Shown here: piece by piece, positions 1 to 11,500 of the stretch
How the letters are laid out: the number at the start of each line of letters is the position of its first letter
How positions within the stretch are numbered: the stretch's first letter is position 1
DNA from: Nitrospinales bacterium
GTDB lineage: Bacteria > Nitrospinota > Nitrospinia > Nitrospinales > VA-1
NCBI GenBank assembly: GCA_965223795.1
Contig: CBDCXL010000002.1
Coordinates: 64,001 to 128,000, forward strand
Reading direction: 5' to 3'
Length of the DNA: 64,000 bases
Made by a program: the position numbers and the translations under genes
Notes under the pieces: model-generated
Seen by the model: only the letters and a program-made list of their open reading frames with translations
Told to the model about the DNA's origin: nothing
The model's database searches: none

Positions 1-827
1 TAATACGGCACTTCTTCAAAAAGTTTGCCGCCAAAAAGGGTGACGGCGCGTTCGAGGCCGTTTTCCCGCACCATCTGCTCGACCTTCTCCCGCTGCTCGC
101 CCTCCCCCACGATCATGAGGCGGATTCCCGGTATGCGTTCGATCAAAGCCGGCATGGCGCCGACGATCTGGTCGAGCCCGTGCCAGCGCCTGAGCGATCC
201 GATGAAGATGAGGTGCGGCGCGTCCGCATCGAGAGCAAGCCGCTCGCGGCAGCGGTCCCGGTCCATCGGCTGGAACAGATCCGGGTTGGCGCCGTTGGAG
301 ACGACGCAGAAATGATCTTCCTTGAGCCGGTATTCGCGGCAGAGGATTTCCTGCAACTGTTTCGAGGAGGTCACCATCTTGTGGGCCATGCGGAACACGA
401 TGCGCTCCATGCGGCGGTTGAGTTTAATCCACCACTCGGGCTGGTTGTGGATCTTCTGCTCGATGAAATTGAGGCCGTTGACCTCGATGACGTATTTGAA
501 ATCGAGCAGGTAGCGCAGTCCGGTGACGATCCACTCCATCGGCTGGTGGCGCGTGTACACGACGTCCGGCCGCGTTTTCCAATAGTGAGCGAGGAAGTAG
601 AAAAACAGGAACAGGTAAAACGAGAAAAAAGTGACCGCCGGGTGGCGCCATCCCACGGGGACGTACACGGTGCGGAAGCCCTCATGCTGGGGCCGCGCGC
701 CCATGTCCGGCACGAACAGGGTGACGTCGTGCCCGAGCTTAACGAACTGCTTGCAGAATTCAGTGACGTGCCGCGAACTGGCGTCCATGTAGGCGATGTC
801 GATGCGGGCAAAATAGAAAATTCGCAT
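1..827 (-). CDS. Glycosyltransferase family 4 (GT-B) protein, 3' end outside the window
   Basis: Manual translation from ATG at 827: MRIFYFARID...GHDVTLF...VVSNGANPDLF...LIFIGSLRRWHGLD...LMIVGEG, typical GT4 motifs. Absent from the ORF track because its stop lies outside the window. Confidence 0.85.
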   Translation of the reverse strand, partial: MRIFYFARIDIAYMDASSRHVTEFCKQFVKLGHDVTLFVPDMGARPQHEGFRTVYVPVGWRHPAVTFFSFYLFLFFYFLAHYWKTRPDVVYTRHQPMEWIVTGLRYLLDFKYVIEVNGLNFIEQKIHNQPEWWIKLNRRMERIVFRMAHKMVTSSKQLQEILCREYRLKEDHFCVVSNGANPDLFQPMDRDRCRERLALDADAPHLIFIGSLRRWHGLDQIVGAMPALIERIPGIRLMIVGEGEQREKVEQMVRENGLERAVTLFGGKLFEEVPY

Positions 828-856
828 GGCGCGGCGGCGGGGGGATCAGGAGAAGC

Positions 857-1921
857 TCACGCGGGTTTGGAGGATTCGCGCACGATCTTCCATTCTCCGC
901 CTTCTTTTTTCCAGATGAGGACCTTCTGCCGGATGTCGGAGAAGCTGTCCGACTTGAAGCTTTCGATGAACGTCATCTCGATGGTGTCGCCTTTTTCCTG
1001 AATGATGACGTCGTTGACTTCGACCACGATGCCGTTGTTCTGCTTGAGGAACTGGGAGCGGTCTTTCTGCCAGTCCTTGTAGGGCACTCCGTCGCCCATG
1101 AACTGGTTGGAGTAGAAGGAAAAATAGGCGTCCATCTGTTTTTTCTGCCAGGATTCGAGCCAGTCGAGAAACTGGGTCAGGACCACGTCGATGGAATTTT
1201 CCGCGCTGCCCTGCGGCGGTTGCGCGGCCGGGGCCTGGGGCGGCGCGGGCGGTTCGAGCTTCACCATCTCAACCGGTTCGCCTTTCACGGGCTCAGGGGC
1301 CGCGCTGGTCTGTGATTCCTGAATGGGAACGGCCGGGACCGGTTCCACTTTGGCCTGTTCATGGTTTTTTGTATCCACGGCAGGGGCCGCGGGCGCTTGC
1401 GCGACCGTATTCTTCTGCGAAACGGGAGCCGTCCCAGTCTCGGTTTCCGGATTCATCGCCAAAACTTCAGGTTCGTCGCCCTCGAATGCCTTCTTGAGAA
1501 ACGCGGGCTTTTTCACCACCGGCTTTTTCGCTGCCGTTACCGGGTTTGCCGGCGCGCCGCTCTCCACCGCCGCATGGCGGGTACGCACGAGAATGGACTG
1601 CATCTTGTGGTTCTGTTCGAGCGCGGCCTTGGCCTCCAGCGCTTCCTGCCGGGTAGAATACGGCCCGACGCGGACCTTGTACCAGAGTTCGGCGGTCTCG
1701 ACGGTGTAGGTTTCGTATCCGTTTTGTTTGAGCCTGCTGCTCAGCCGCTCGGCATTGGCCTTGACGCGGAAAGAGTTCATCTGCAGGGCGAACGACACTT
1801 CGCCGCCGTGGCTGGCCGCGGGCGCGAGCCAGAAACACAGGATCGCCAGCGCCCACGCGCTCAGGATCGGATTTGCGGCTCTGGATGAAATGGGCAACGT
1901 CTTTGGCTGGCTGGCTGTCAC
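857..1921 (-). CDS. Secreted SPOR-domain protein with Pro/Ala linker and C-terminal NTF2-like domain
   Basis: Signal peptide; SPOR motif (LQMNSF...NAERL...WYKVRVGPYSTRQEA); C-terminal WLESWQ...YFSFYS...WKIVRE of NTF2-like type. Start uncertain (GTG). Confidence 0.75.
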   Translation of the reverse strand: MTASQPKTLPISSRAANPILSAWALAILCFWLAPAASHGGEVSFALQMNSFRVKANAERLSSRLKQNGYETYTVETAELWYKVRVGPYSTRQEALEAKAALEQNHKMQSILVRTRHAAVESGAPANPVTAAKKPVVKKPAFLKKAFEGDEPEVLAMNPETETGTAPVSQKNTVAQAPAAPAVDTKNHEQAKVEPVPAVPIQESQTSAAPEPVKGEPVEMVKLEPPAPPQAPAAQPPQGSAENSIDVVLTQFLDWLESWQKKQMDAYFSFYSNQFMGDGVPYKDWQKDRSQFLKQNNGIVVEVNDVIIQEKGDTIEMTFIESFKSDSFSDIRQKVLIWKKEGGEWKIVRESSKPA

Positions 1922-2254
1922 GGTAGGGACTCCCCCAATATCGGTTTCTCTCGACCGGGCCGGACTGGATCACGCGCGACAAAACGTCCGGAAAATCGCA
2001 CGTTGCCCGTAGGCCCATAGTTTCAATGTATTATATGGTAATTATTATATAACATTATGGTTCCGGGAACAGCCAAAAAATGAAGGATTTTGCCCAAACG
2101 GGTAAAAAAATCAGTGTGAACGGAGCGTCTTGCGGGGTCGGGACGGCCCTCCCATGCGGCTGGAAGGGGCCGATTGAGCGGTCTCGGCGGGTGACAGGGC
2201 GGATAATCCACCCAGGAAAAATGAAATTATCCCTTTCAAATAATGGGTTTAGGC

Positions 2255-2292
2255 GATAATCCGGGGACTTCCCATGAAGTCCCCGGATTATC
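2255..2292. terminator. Perfect 17-bp stem-loop downstream of the redoxin gene
   Basis: GATAATCCGGGGACTTC-CCAT-GAAGTCCCCGGATTATC. No clear U-tract, so a terminator role is uncertain. Confidence 0.5.
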
Positions 2293-2301
2293 CGGCCCTG
2301 G

Positions 2302-2790
2302 TTAAAGCAGTTTCTTAAGATAAGGAACCAGCTGGTCCGCACCGACGGAGGGGGAGCGGGCCTTGAGCTTGCCGTCCTTGTCGATGATCAGCACGGTCGG
2401 CATATCTCTTTGAATATAGGCCTTGTGTACGGATTGTCCTGGGTCGAGCAGATAGGTGAACTGAACCGGCCTGGGGAACCCGTCCAGGTACTCGGTCACC
2501 GCCTTTTTGGAGTCGCCGCTGGTGTTGATGCCCAGGATCACCAGATCCTCGGACGGCACCTGCTCGCGCACTTTGTTGAACTCGAGCGCCTGGTTCATGC
2601 AGGGAACGCAGATGTGGAACATGCCGATGAGCACCACTTTTCCCTTGAGCGAATCCAGGGAAACGGCGTCGCCGCCGGTCACGGGACTCAGGCTGAACCC
2701 GGGCGCCGCGTCGCCCGCGGTGGGTGTGCCTGCCTGTACCGGCAGGCTCCATAAAAGAAAAACTGTCAGAAAACTCAATAATTTAGTCAT
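2302..2790 (-). CDS. TlpA/ResA-like periplasmic thiol-disulfide oxidoreductase
   Basis: Signal peptide, APGFSL, LKGKVVLI, CVPC active site, MPTVLIIDKDG. Confidence 0.85.
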   Translation of the reverse strand: MTKLLSFLTVFLLWSLPVQAGTPTAGDAAPGFSLSPVTGGDAVSLDSLKGKVVLIGMFHICVPCMNQALEFNKVREQVPSEDLVILGINTSGDSKKAVTEYLDGFPRPVQFTYLLDPGQSVHKAYIQRDMPTVLIIDKDGKLKARSPSVGADQLVPYLKKLL

Positions 2791-3016
2791 GGTCTGGTTT
2801 TTTTGAATAAATCGGGTGATTGATTCTCTTTATCTGGAGTCGTTGTTTTCATTTTAAAACAGCCGAAGCCGCCGGAAAAGTCATTTCGTGCGCATTTTCA
2901 CACCCATTCCCGGTTTTCCGGCTGCTTGCAAATGGTTGGGAAATTGCCTCTACCTTGACAGCGAAACTTTGATATTATATTAAAACAAGAGTCCTTAAAT
3001 TCTCCCGAATCCAACC

Positions 3017-3703
3017 ATGCACAAATACCTGTTACCGATCTTTCTTGTTCTGGGATGGCCCGGTCCGGCCTATTCCGGCACCATCGAAGGCACGGCCACG
3101 TACACGGCCAAGGTGGAACTGCCCAAAACGCTGAGCACCGGCAAGTACCGCAAAGCCTGCGGCCCCGAGGTGCCCAACGAAAAGCTCCTCGTCGAGAACA
3201 ACGGCTTGAAGAACGTGGTTCTCACCATCGAGGGAAGCAAATTGAAAGGGAAACCGGGCGAGCACAAGCTCCATCAGGAGAAGTGCCGTTACGAACCGCA
3301 TGTCCTGGTGATGATGAAGGGATCGGAACTGGAAATCACATCCGCCGATCCGATCAACCACAACATTCACACGTATTCGTTCGACAACGACCCGATCAAC
3401 ATCATGTTCATCCCGGACCAGGAGCCTTACACCCAGGAGATGGAAGAGCCCGAAATCATCAAGGTGGAGTGCGACCTGCACCACTGGATGACCGCCTGGA
3501 TTCTGGTGACGGACAATGCTTTTTCCGGCATTTCGGACAAAACCGGGGCCTTTTCCATTGCGGACGTGCCTCCGGGAGAGTACACCCTCAACGCCTGGCA
3601 CGAAGTGCTGGGCAGCATCAGCAAAAAGATCAAAGTGGGTGACGGCGTCACCAAAGTCGATTTCGATTTTTCCAAAATGCCTCCCCAGCTTTCGAAAAAA
3701 TAG
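3017..3703 (+). CDS. Secreted cupredoxin-like / carboxypeptidase-regulatory-like domain protein
   Basis: Signal peptide; HNIH...CDLHHWM; C-terminal VPPGEYTLNAWHE. Confidence 0.75.
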   Translation: MHKYLLPIFLVLGWPGPAYSGTIEGTATYTAKVELPKTLSTGKYRKACGPEVPNEKLLVENNGLKNVVLTIEGSKLKGKPGEHKLHQEKCRYEPHVLVMMKGSELEITSADPINHNIHTYSFDNDPINIMFIPDQEPYTQEMEEPEIIKVECDLHHWMTAWILVTDNAFSGISDKTGAFSIADVPPGEYTLNAWHEVLGSISKKIKVGDGVTKVDFDFSKMPPQLSKK

Positions 3704-3752
3704 TGTCGATCGCCGGGTTTCCATAAAATCCTGTTTCTGGAGTACACGCACC

Positions 3753-4604
3753 ATGAAAATCACGCCCCGTTTTCTGCCGCTGGTTCCCGCCCTGCTCGCC
3801 TGCTTTTTTTACAGTACACAGGCCGGGGCCTATCAGGAAATCGAAGTGAAGAACGGCGGAACCATCCAGGGCAAGGCTGTTCTGAAAGGCGTCATGCCGC
3901 CGCCCAGGTGGTACCACCTGGTCCTGTTTCCCAACATCGACATGTGCGCCGAAGTGGAAACCGATGAAAACATGAACCGGGTGCTGGACGACTTCAAGAT
4001 TTCCGAGGACGGCGGCCTCAAGGACGTGGTGGTCACGCTGGAGCAGGTGGATGCGGGCAAGCCCTGGAACAAGGAACCGATCATGATCGATTCGGAAAGC
4101 TGCAAGTTCACTCCGGACGTGAACGTCATCCGCCAGGGCGAGAAGTTCAAGGTGAACAACGTCGATGCCGTGATGCACAACAGCCAGGTCTATCAGAAGG
4201 AACGCGGCAAGATCATCCTCAACATCCCGATCCCCGCCGAGGAAGTGTCCGACGGCATCGTCACCTTCCAGAAAGACTACAAGATCATGCAGATGATCTG
4301 CGGCATGCACGAATTCATGCAGACCTGGGGCTACCGGGTGCAGAACCCTTATTACTATAAGACCAAGATCGACGGCAATTTCAAGATCGAAAACATCCCG
4401 CCCGGGGAGTACACCGTGAACGCGTGGCATTACCTGATGAAGATCCGCAGTAAAAAGGTCACGGTCACCGAAAATGCCGTCATCGATGTGAACTTTGATT
4501 TCGACGGAAACGAAGTCGAGCGGCCGCTTTATGAAACGATCAAGTCCGGCCGCATCAAGCACGAGGCGTCCCAATACAAAGAAAAAGTTTTCGGCAGTAA
4601 ATGA
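3753..4604 (+). CDS. Secreted cupredoxin-like / carboxypeptidase-regulatory-like domain protein
   Basis: ATG at 3753 after GGAG gives a signal peptide; HNSQ...CGMHEFM; IPPGEYTVNAWH. Confidence 0.75.
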   Translation: MKITPRFLPLVPALLACFFYSTQAGAYQEIEVKNGGTIQGKAVLKGVMPPPRWYHLVLFPNIDMCAEVETDENMNRVLDDFKISEDGGLKDVVVTLEQVDAGKPWNKEPIMIDSESCKFTPDVNVIRQGEKFKVNNVDAVMHNSQVYQKERGKIILNIPIPAEEVSDGIVTFQKDYKIMQMICGMHEFMQTWGYRVQNPYYYKTKIDGNFKIENIPPGEYTVNAWHYLMKIRSKKVTVTENAVIDVNFDFDGNEVERPLYETIKSGRIKHEASQYKEKVFGSK

Positions 4605-7045
4605 TCCCTCCTCTCCCGCAGAGCACGTCGAAACCGCCTGGAGCTTTTTTCATTTTTCGGCAGCGATGCCTGAATGCGGCCCTGCTGTTTTTAATCGCCG
4701 TCTTCGTTAGCGGGTTCGATTCCGCATCGCAGACGAAATCCCTTCCCACCACCCGGGACATGCCCGAATCGATCACGGTGGGGGGGAAGGTGTACTACCT
4801 CAAATCCCTCACGAACCCGCTGCGCGACGACCCGGTGTCGCTGCAAAAAAACATCCGCGCCGGCGGCGAGGTTTATTTCAAGCACTGTTACCTTTGCCAC
4901 GGCGACCTGATGGACGGCAAGGGCGTGTTCGGCGACCGGTTTTTCCCGGAGCCCGCGGACTTCACCCACTCCGCCTCGGCGCTGACCCTGCCGGAATCCT
5001 ACACGTTCTGGCGCATCATGAAGGGCGGCCCCGGCCTGCCGGACAAGTTTTCTCCCTGGGACTCGGCCATGCCCGCGTGGGAACACCAGCTCAATGAAAA
5101 CGAAGTCTGGCAGGTGGTCCTGTTTCTGTTTTCGAAAGCGGGCGAGAAACCGCAGGCGGGCGGCGGCGAACCGACGGTGGAACGGGGAAAGGAACTCTAT
5201 CAGGATAAATGCGTCTACTGCCACGGCGAGACCGGAAAGGGAGACGGCCCCGCGGCGGCGACCTCCAGCCCGCAGCCGCGCAAATTCCACAAGGGGCAGT
5301 ACAAGATCCGCAGCACCCCGTTCGGCAAAATCCCCACGGACCAGGACCTGTTCGACATGCTGAGCCGGGACTATCCCGGCACCAGCATGCCGGACTGGTC
5401 GCACCTGTCCGCTTCGGACCGCTGGAGCCTGGTGGCTTACCTCAAGACGCTGTCGAAAAAATTCCAGCGTTTTGTCGACAAGGGTAAAAAGCACAAGCTC
5501 GTGAGCGTCCCGGAGCCGCCGCCGTTCAATCTGGAAAGCCTGAGCACGGGCAAGGAGCTGTACCTGACCAACTGCTCCGGCTGCCACGGCGTGAAAGGCC
5601 GCAGCGACGGCGCTTCGACCAAAAAAATCGTCGATTTCGCGACGGACGCGATCTACCCGAGAAACCTCACCAAGCCCTGGCTGTTCCGGCGGGGCAGCAC
5701 GCGCAAGCAGCTTTTCAAGACGCTGCGCACCGGGCTTTCGGGAACGGCGATGCCGCGTTTCTCCGACCGGGTGTTCAAGGATGATAAAATCTGGGACATG
5801 GTTCACTATGTGGAAACGCTGTCTCCGCCGCGGAAACCGGCCGTGCGGCAGCGCATCCAGGTGAACCGCATTGTGGGCGAGCTGCCCGCGACGCGCATCG
5901 ATCCTCTGTGGAATCACGCCGAATCGTTTTACATTCCGCTGGGCGGCCAGATTCTGGCCCCGGACAAGGCGCCGCACCCCACGGTGCAGGACGTTTCCGT
6001 GAAAGCCCTGCACAACGGAGACTCGATCGCCATCTATCTGCACTGGGACGACCCCTCGGTCGATCCGATCCTGAAAACCCTCACCGCCGTGGAGGAATCG
6101 CCGCCGCCTCCCCTGCCGCTCGCGCTGCGGGCCGATGCCGGTGAAGAGGACCCCCCCGAGGCCGCCCCCGAACCGCAGGAGTTTCCCGATTCCATCGCCG
6201 TGCAGTTTCCCGTGCAGCTCAAGCCCGGCGGGGTGAAACCGTATTTTCTCAACGGCGATGCGAACAACCCGGTGAACCTGTGGAAATGGACCTCGTATCC
6301 GCTGAAAACGCTCGAGATGAACGCGCGCGGCCTCACGCAATGGAGCCCGCAGCCGGAAAGCGGCCAGGCGCTGACCTCCAACGCGGTGTTCGAATTCGGC
6401 CGCTACCATCTGGTGATCCACCGAACCCTGAATACACCGAACTTCTCGGACGACATTCAGTTCCCGATCGGCCAACCGGTGCCGGTGGCGTTCAATGTGT
6501 GGGACGGATCGCAGGCGGAAACGGGATCCAAGAAGGCGGTTTCGAGCTGGTTTGAAATGCTGCTGGAAGAAGTGGCGCTGCCGGTGTCGGTCACCAAAAG
6601 GACGGTCCCGAAACCGGAGCCGCTGCCGGAACTCGCGCCGGAGATGCTGATCGAAGAGACGATGAAAGCCGGCCCTAAACCTGTCGAGCCGCTGCCCGAC
6701 GCGCTTTCCATTCCGGAACCCGAACCTGAGCTTGTGCCGCCCGCGCCAATACCGGCGCCGTCCGCCCCGCCGCTTCCTCCCATTGAGGAAACGCTGAAAA
6801 CCGACCCTGAGCCGCTGGAACCGTTCTCCGAGATGCACTCGATTCCGCAGCCCTTCTTTACGGAGCCCGAGCCGGACGCCCTGCCGCCGATGGGGGAAAT
6901 TCCGATAGAAGAAGAACCGATCCTGGAGGAACCGCTGCCGCCTTCTCTGGCGGAACCCAGGATGCCCGCCGCGGCCCCGCCGCTTTCGGACCCGGATGCG
7001 GAACTGCCTGTCGAGCTGCCGATCCCGCCGCCGAAACACCGCTGA
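4601..7045 (+). CDS. Triheme cytochrome c fused to an ethylbenzene-dehydrogenase-like (DOMON, heme b) domain with a Pro/Glu-rich tail
   Basis: CYLCH, CVYCH, CSGCH; VKALHNGDSIAIYLHWDD, DSIAVQFP, VAFNVWDG motifs; about 160-aa low-complexity C-terminus. Confidence 0.8.
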   Translation: MIPPLPQSTSKPPGAFFIFRQRCLNAALLFLIAVFVSGFDSASQTKSLPTTRDMPESITVGGKVYYLKSLTNPLRDDPVSLQKNIRAGGEVYFKHCYLCHGDLMDGKGVFGDRFFPEPADFTHSASALTLPESYTFWRIMKGGPGLPDKFSPWDSAMPAWEHQLNENEVWQVVLFLFSKAGEKPQAGGGEPTVERGKELYQDKCVYCHGETGKGDGPAAATSSPQPRKFHKGQYKIRSTPFGKIPTDQDLFDMLSRDYPGTSMPDWSHLSASDRWSLVAYLKTLSKKFQRFVDKGKKHKLVSVPEPPPFNLESLSTGKELYLTNCSGCHGVKGRSDGASTKKIVDFATDAIYPRNLTKPWLFRRGSTRKQLFKTLRTGLSGTAMPRFSDRVFKDDKIWDMVHYVETLSPPRKPAVRQRIQVNRIVGELPATRIDPLWNHAESFYIPLGGQILAPDKAPHPTVQDVSVKALHNGDSIAIYLHWDDPSVDPILKTLTAVEESPPPPLPLALRADAGEEDPPEAAPEPQEFPDSIAVQFPVQLKPGGVKPYFLNGDANNPVNLWKWTSYPLKTLEMNARGLTQWSPQPESGQALTSNAVFEFGRYHLVIHRTLNTPNFSDDIQFPIGQPVPVAFNVWDGSQAETGSKKAVSSWFEMLLEEVALPVSVTKRTVPKPEPLPELAPEMLIEETMKAGPKPVEPLPDALSIPEPEPELVPPAPIPAPSAPPLPPIEETLKTDPEPLEPFSEMHSIPQPFFTEPEPDALPPMGEIPIEEEPILEEPLPPSLAEPRMPAAAPPLSDPDAELPVELPIPPPKHR

Positions 7046-7074
7046 GCCCTCAGCCCTGAAACGAAGGCACGCTG

Positions 7075-8337
7075 TCAGGAATCGCTTGCGAATTCTTTCA
7101 ATGTGAGGGATTTGAGATAGGCGAGCAGGTCCGCCACGTCCTGCACTTCGAGCAGGTCCACAAAATTGCCCGGCATCATCGAGATCTTCTGGGTCTTGAA
7201 TTTTTTGATGTCGGCTTTGCGGATGTAGAGTTCGTTGCCTTCCTTGTCGATGATGTCCAGTCCCTGATCGTCTTCCAGCAGCTTGATCCCGGTGATGAAT
7301 TTGCGTTCCTTGGTCAGGATGAGAACCGTGGCGTATCCCGCGGTGATGACGGCTTTCGGATCGAGCAGCGATTCAAGCAGAAAGCCGGGCGTGCGGCTGC
7401 TGCCGATGTGGCTGAGGTCGGGACCGATCTCGCCGCCCTTGCCGTCCACCCGGTGGCACTTGGAACAGTAGACCGTGCCATCCGGATCGAAAAACATCTC
7501 ACGGCCTCGCTCGGCGTCCCCCGGCGTGTTGAGATACGGCTGCCAGTCCTCGGGAACCGGTTCCTCTTCCGGCAGCAGGCTGTTGAGATACGCGGCGATG
7601 GCGCGGGCATCCTCCGTCTCCAGAGACAGATCCGGCATGCGCGTTTCGGTTTTATACGCCTGCGGATGGGTGACCCAGGCGTACACCCATTCGGGGCTGT
7701 AATAAAAGCCGGCGCGGGTCAGCTCCGGTCCGACCTTGCCGCCCTCTTCCCCGACCCGGTGACAGGCGAAGCAGCTTTTTTTCTTTTTGAACAATTTTTC
7801 GCCGCGCTTCAGGATTTCCGCATCGCTTTCCGCTTTTGCCAGCCACTCCGAGAACGCCTTGAGCTGCTCTTCGGAAACTGCCTCGTGCCGCGGCCGTTCC
7901 GTGTCCACGCCCTGCGGCAGGTTGACCGGATGATTGTTTTCTGTGGCCAAACTGCGTATGTAGGCCACCAGGGCCCAGATCTCGGCCTGCGACAGCGTGC
8001 TGCCAAACGGCGGCATCAGGTGGGACTTGCGCACGCCCGCGCCGCCTTTATGAATCACGCGAAATATCTGGTGATTGGTTTTTTTGCGCTGGAACTTCGG
8101 GTGGGACAGTTCTGCGGGCTCTTTATCGAGGTATTCGGCGTTGTAGCCGTCGCCGTCGCCGTGAATCCCGTGGCAGTGGGCGCAGAATTTCTGGAAGAGC
8201 CGCTTGCCCTGTTTCACCAGGTAGCGCGGGGTCTGCTTCTGCGACTGGATGGCGGCGTCGTCTCCATTGGCCCAAATGGGCGCTGCACTCAAAAACACCG
8301 TGCACCCCAACACGAAGCAAAGCAGGCTCGTTCTCAT
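7075..8337 (-). CDS. Secreted triheme c-type cytochrome
   Basis: Signal peptide; CAHCH, CFACH, CSKCH; GPELT/GPDLS and SMMP motifs. Confidence 0.85.
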   Translation of the reverse strand: MRTSLLCFVLGCTVFLSAAPIWANGDDAAIQSQKQTPRYLVKQGKRLFQKFCAHCHGIHGDGDGYNAEYLDKEPAELSHPKFQRKKTNHQIFRVIHKGGAGVRKSHLMPPFGSTLSQAEIWALVAYIRSLATENNHPVNLPQGVDTERPRHEAVSEEQLKAFSEWLAKAESDAEILKRGEKLFKKKKSCFACHRVGEEGGKVGPELTRAGFYYSPEWVYAWVTHPQAYKTETRMPDLSLETEDARAIAAYLNSLLPEEEPVPEDWQPYLNTPGDAERGREMFFDPDGTVYCSKCHRVDGKGGEIGPDLSHIGSSRTPGFLLESLLDPKAVITAGYATVLILTKERKFITGIKLLEDDQGLDIIDKEGNELYIRKADIKKFKTQKISMMPGNFVDLLEVQDVADLLAYLKSLTLKEFASDS

Positions 8338-8460
8338 CAATTCTGAATCGGTTTTGGGTTATTGCGTTGAATTTCTGGAATGATATCTCAATTCACCGGC
8401 AGATTCATTAAAAGAATCGGCGCTGGAAACGGTTTTTACGCTCCGGGTGCGCCTGAAAGC

Positions 8461-8497
8461 AAAAAAAAAGCAAGGGGACCGCATAGGGTCCCCTTGC
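8461..8497 (-). terminator. Intrinsic terminator after multicopper oxidase copy 1
   Basis: GCAAGGGGACC/GGTCCCCTTGC stem followed by T9 on the minus strand. Confidence 0.8.
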
Positions 8498-8521
8498 CTC
8501 GTTGCTTCGGTTGTTTCAGAA

Positions 8522-11500
8522 CTAGCGGTTCATGGACAACCTTTCCTCCCCGATCGCAGGAGCGGTTTCGGCTTTTTTGCCGGAGCCGTCGCCCTTGTTC
8601 AGAGGCAGGATGGACTGCTCGCCCTGAGGCAGCACTTTGAAGTAACCCCACTGACCTGCCTGCTGATAAGGCGTTCTCGCATTCAGCCACAGGTAGGTGC
8701 CGGGATTCCTGTAAGTGCCGCCGGCGGTGAAGAAGGCCTGGATGTACTCGCCGCCGCCGAACTCTTCGACGTCGATCATGTCAGAGCCTTCCTGCATGAT
8801 GTGGCGGCGCCACTGATGGCCGTCCAGGTTGAACATCTGGTTCTGCTCGTTGTGCGCACCGAACACGTTGATCATCACGCGGTCGCCGGCATGTGCCTTG
8901 AGCACCGGCGTCGCGGGATCGCTGTCCGCTGCCACGCAGGGCGTGAAGATATTGCCCAGCTCACAACCTTCATCCTCGCGATACGTCCACGGCTCCAACC
9001 GGTAGTTGACGCCGGTCAGCCCCGCCACGTTCTGCAGGTACGGCATGAACGAGGTGCCGAGGATGTTGTCCTCATCCTGGAAGTACAGAGCGAAATCGCG
9101 GTAGTTCTCGAGATGCTCGTTGCCAGGATAGGTTTTGTCGACGATCACGTCCGCTTTCCAGGAGTTGCCGAGCGAGATGTCCTTGCCGGTCTCCGGATCG
9201 CGGTACACCGAGCCGCGCGGCCCGATGATGATCGCGCCGTACATGCCGTCGCGAACGTTGGTCGTCAGGTTGCCGAAATCCCACAGCAACGCGCCGTTCA
9301 GACCGTAGTCCGGATGGGCGTAGTAGGTGTAGGTCTTCGACTTGCCGGGAGCAACAGTCTGATCGCCGGGATTGTTCCCCACGTTGATCCCCTGGGAATC
9401 CAGCGGATCGAACGCCACGTTGTTCGCGTGCAGGGACGCGTTCCCTTCTTTCAGACGGTTGGTCAGCTTGATCTTGATGCAGTCGCCGATGTTGGCGCGA
9501 ATGGTCAGAGGATGCGGCATCGCACCGTCGTCGGCGGCTTTACTCACTTCACCCTCGAGCGCGAAGATCTTGGCGTTGGCGTTCGCGAGCAACAGCTTGC
9601 GCTCGAAATCCACCTCGATCTCGTCTTCGGCGTTGGGGTTGAACTTCAGCGCCTTGTTGATGGCGACCACGCTGAAATTCTTAACCGGTGCGCCTTTCGG
9701 GCACAGGGTCTTTTTGGCTTTCTTCGCAAAGTCCCGGTTGCTCGGGAGCACTTTCAGGTCCTTCTGCAGCTTGTCGTGGACCCGGATGATGCCCCAGCTT
9801 CCTTCGGACAGATGCGATGTTCTGCCGTCGTAGTACAGGTAGTCGCCGGCCATCTGCTGGTATCCACCAGCGGTGGTTGCCAGGTCGTACCGTTCCGCGA
9901 TGCCCACATGCAGTGCGTTGGTGACGCGGGAGTCGCGGTCATACCGTTCCGGCCGGTAGCCGTGGCCGGAAACCACCCAGGTGTGGGTCTCGTTCATCAT
10001 GCCGTGCAGCACACGGAACATGATGTTGTCACCCACATAGGCGCGCAGCATCGGCGTCACAGGATCGCCATGCACCTTGCTGCTGAACAGCTTGGAGGCG
10101 TCCTTGTTGGCTCTCAACCGCGAGGACAAAGAAGCCGCCCGGAAGTTGAAGCCGCCGCCCGTGGTGTGCGTGCCGCCGTTCAGATGCGGGAAGGCCACTT
10201 CCAGCATGGTATCCGGCATCTGGAACGAAATGGACTGACCGGCGGCAATGGCGTTCTTTCGGGACAGGCCCGGAGGATTGCCCTTGCTCACCAGCTGCGC
10301 GGTGTGCGGCACGGTGTCGTGCAATTGTGCCACCAGTTCACGGAAACTGCCGTTGCGCCCGTAAGCGAAAGGCTCGGACCCGTGAATGTCGGCGACCGGA
10401 CCGCTGCGGATCTCTTTACCCGTTTCAGGATCGTGATACGTGGATCCCCAGGGCTCGACGATCGTCGATCCGATGCCGCCGTGCGGCCAGGTGGTCGCGC
10501 CGAACGCGTGGTCGTGCCAGAACACGAGACCCAGGTCCGCATCGACCCACCAGCGGTACCGCACGTACTCGGTGGTCACGATTTCACCTTTCTTGTGGGC
10601 GTGCTTCATGCCCTCGGTGAAGGTGATCTTGTACTTGCCATCCTTCGCGAACGCCTTGTTGGGATCGGGACTGATGGATTTGATCCAGCGCGCGTCCTTG
10701 CCGTTGGGCACCTCGATGCCGACGATGATGTCCGCACCGACGTGGAACGGGGTCGCGCCTTTCGCCATCTCGATCTCAACCACGGTGTCGCCCGGCTTGG
10801 TGGCCTTGAGCACCTTGGCGTTCATCGGGACCGGCATGCCGACATGGTGGCCGTCCTTCATCTTCTTGCTGAACTGCGTGTAGGGTCTCATGGACTGATC
10901 GTACGAGAACCCGGAAATCACGCCGTCGGAGGCCTGGTTGTCGAACTGGAAGAAATGCGGATGGATGTTCAACTTCGACATCTGGAAGTTGGTGAAGTCG
11001 TCGTCGTTCCATTCGCTGGAAAGCAGCAGGTCCACGCAGTCATACACGTTGGCGCGGATGACCAGCGGGATCGCTTTCTTGGGATCGGCCTTGACTTCCG
11101 CCATGTCCTCGTCGATCACGTAGATGAGACCGTACTTGTCGATGACGGGAGCGGTGTCTCCCACAGCGGGAGTCAGCTCGATCGGAGTGTTGATGAAATG
11201 CAGGTTGTACTGCTTTCTGCCCGCGCCTTTGGGGCACAGGCTCCAGCGGCCCTGCTCACCCGGTTTCGCGGGAGCGGTGCTCTCCACGTTGGGACCGGTT
11301 TTGCCGCTGCCCGATTCGGTATCGAGGATCTCGTCGTCCGGCATCAGGTGGAACGGCTCCAGCCAGGGAGCGCCGCCGTGATGGCGTGCGAACGGTACCC
11401 GCTTGCCGAAATGCGGCGTCATGTGCGGCCACGCCAGCTTCCCGGTTTGGGGCGCGAACTGAATCGGGTGCCGCTTGCCGGGATGCGGGGATTTGTACTT

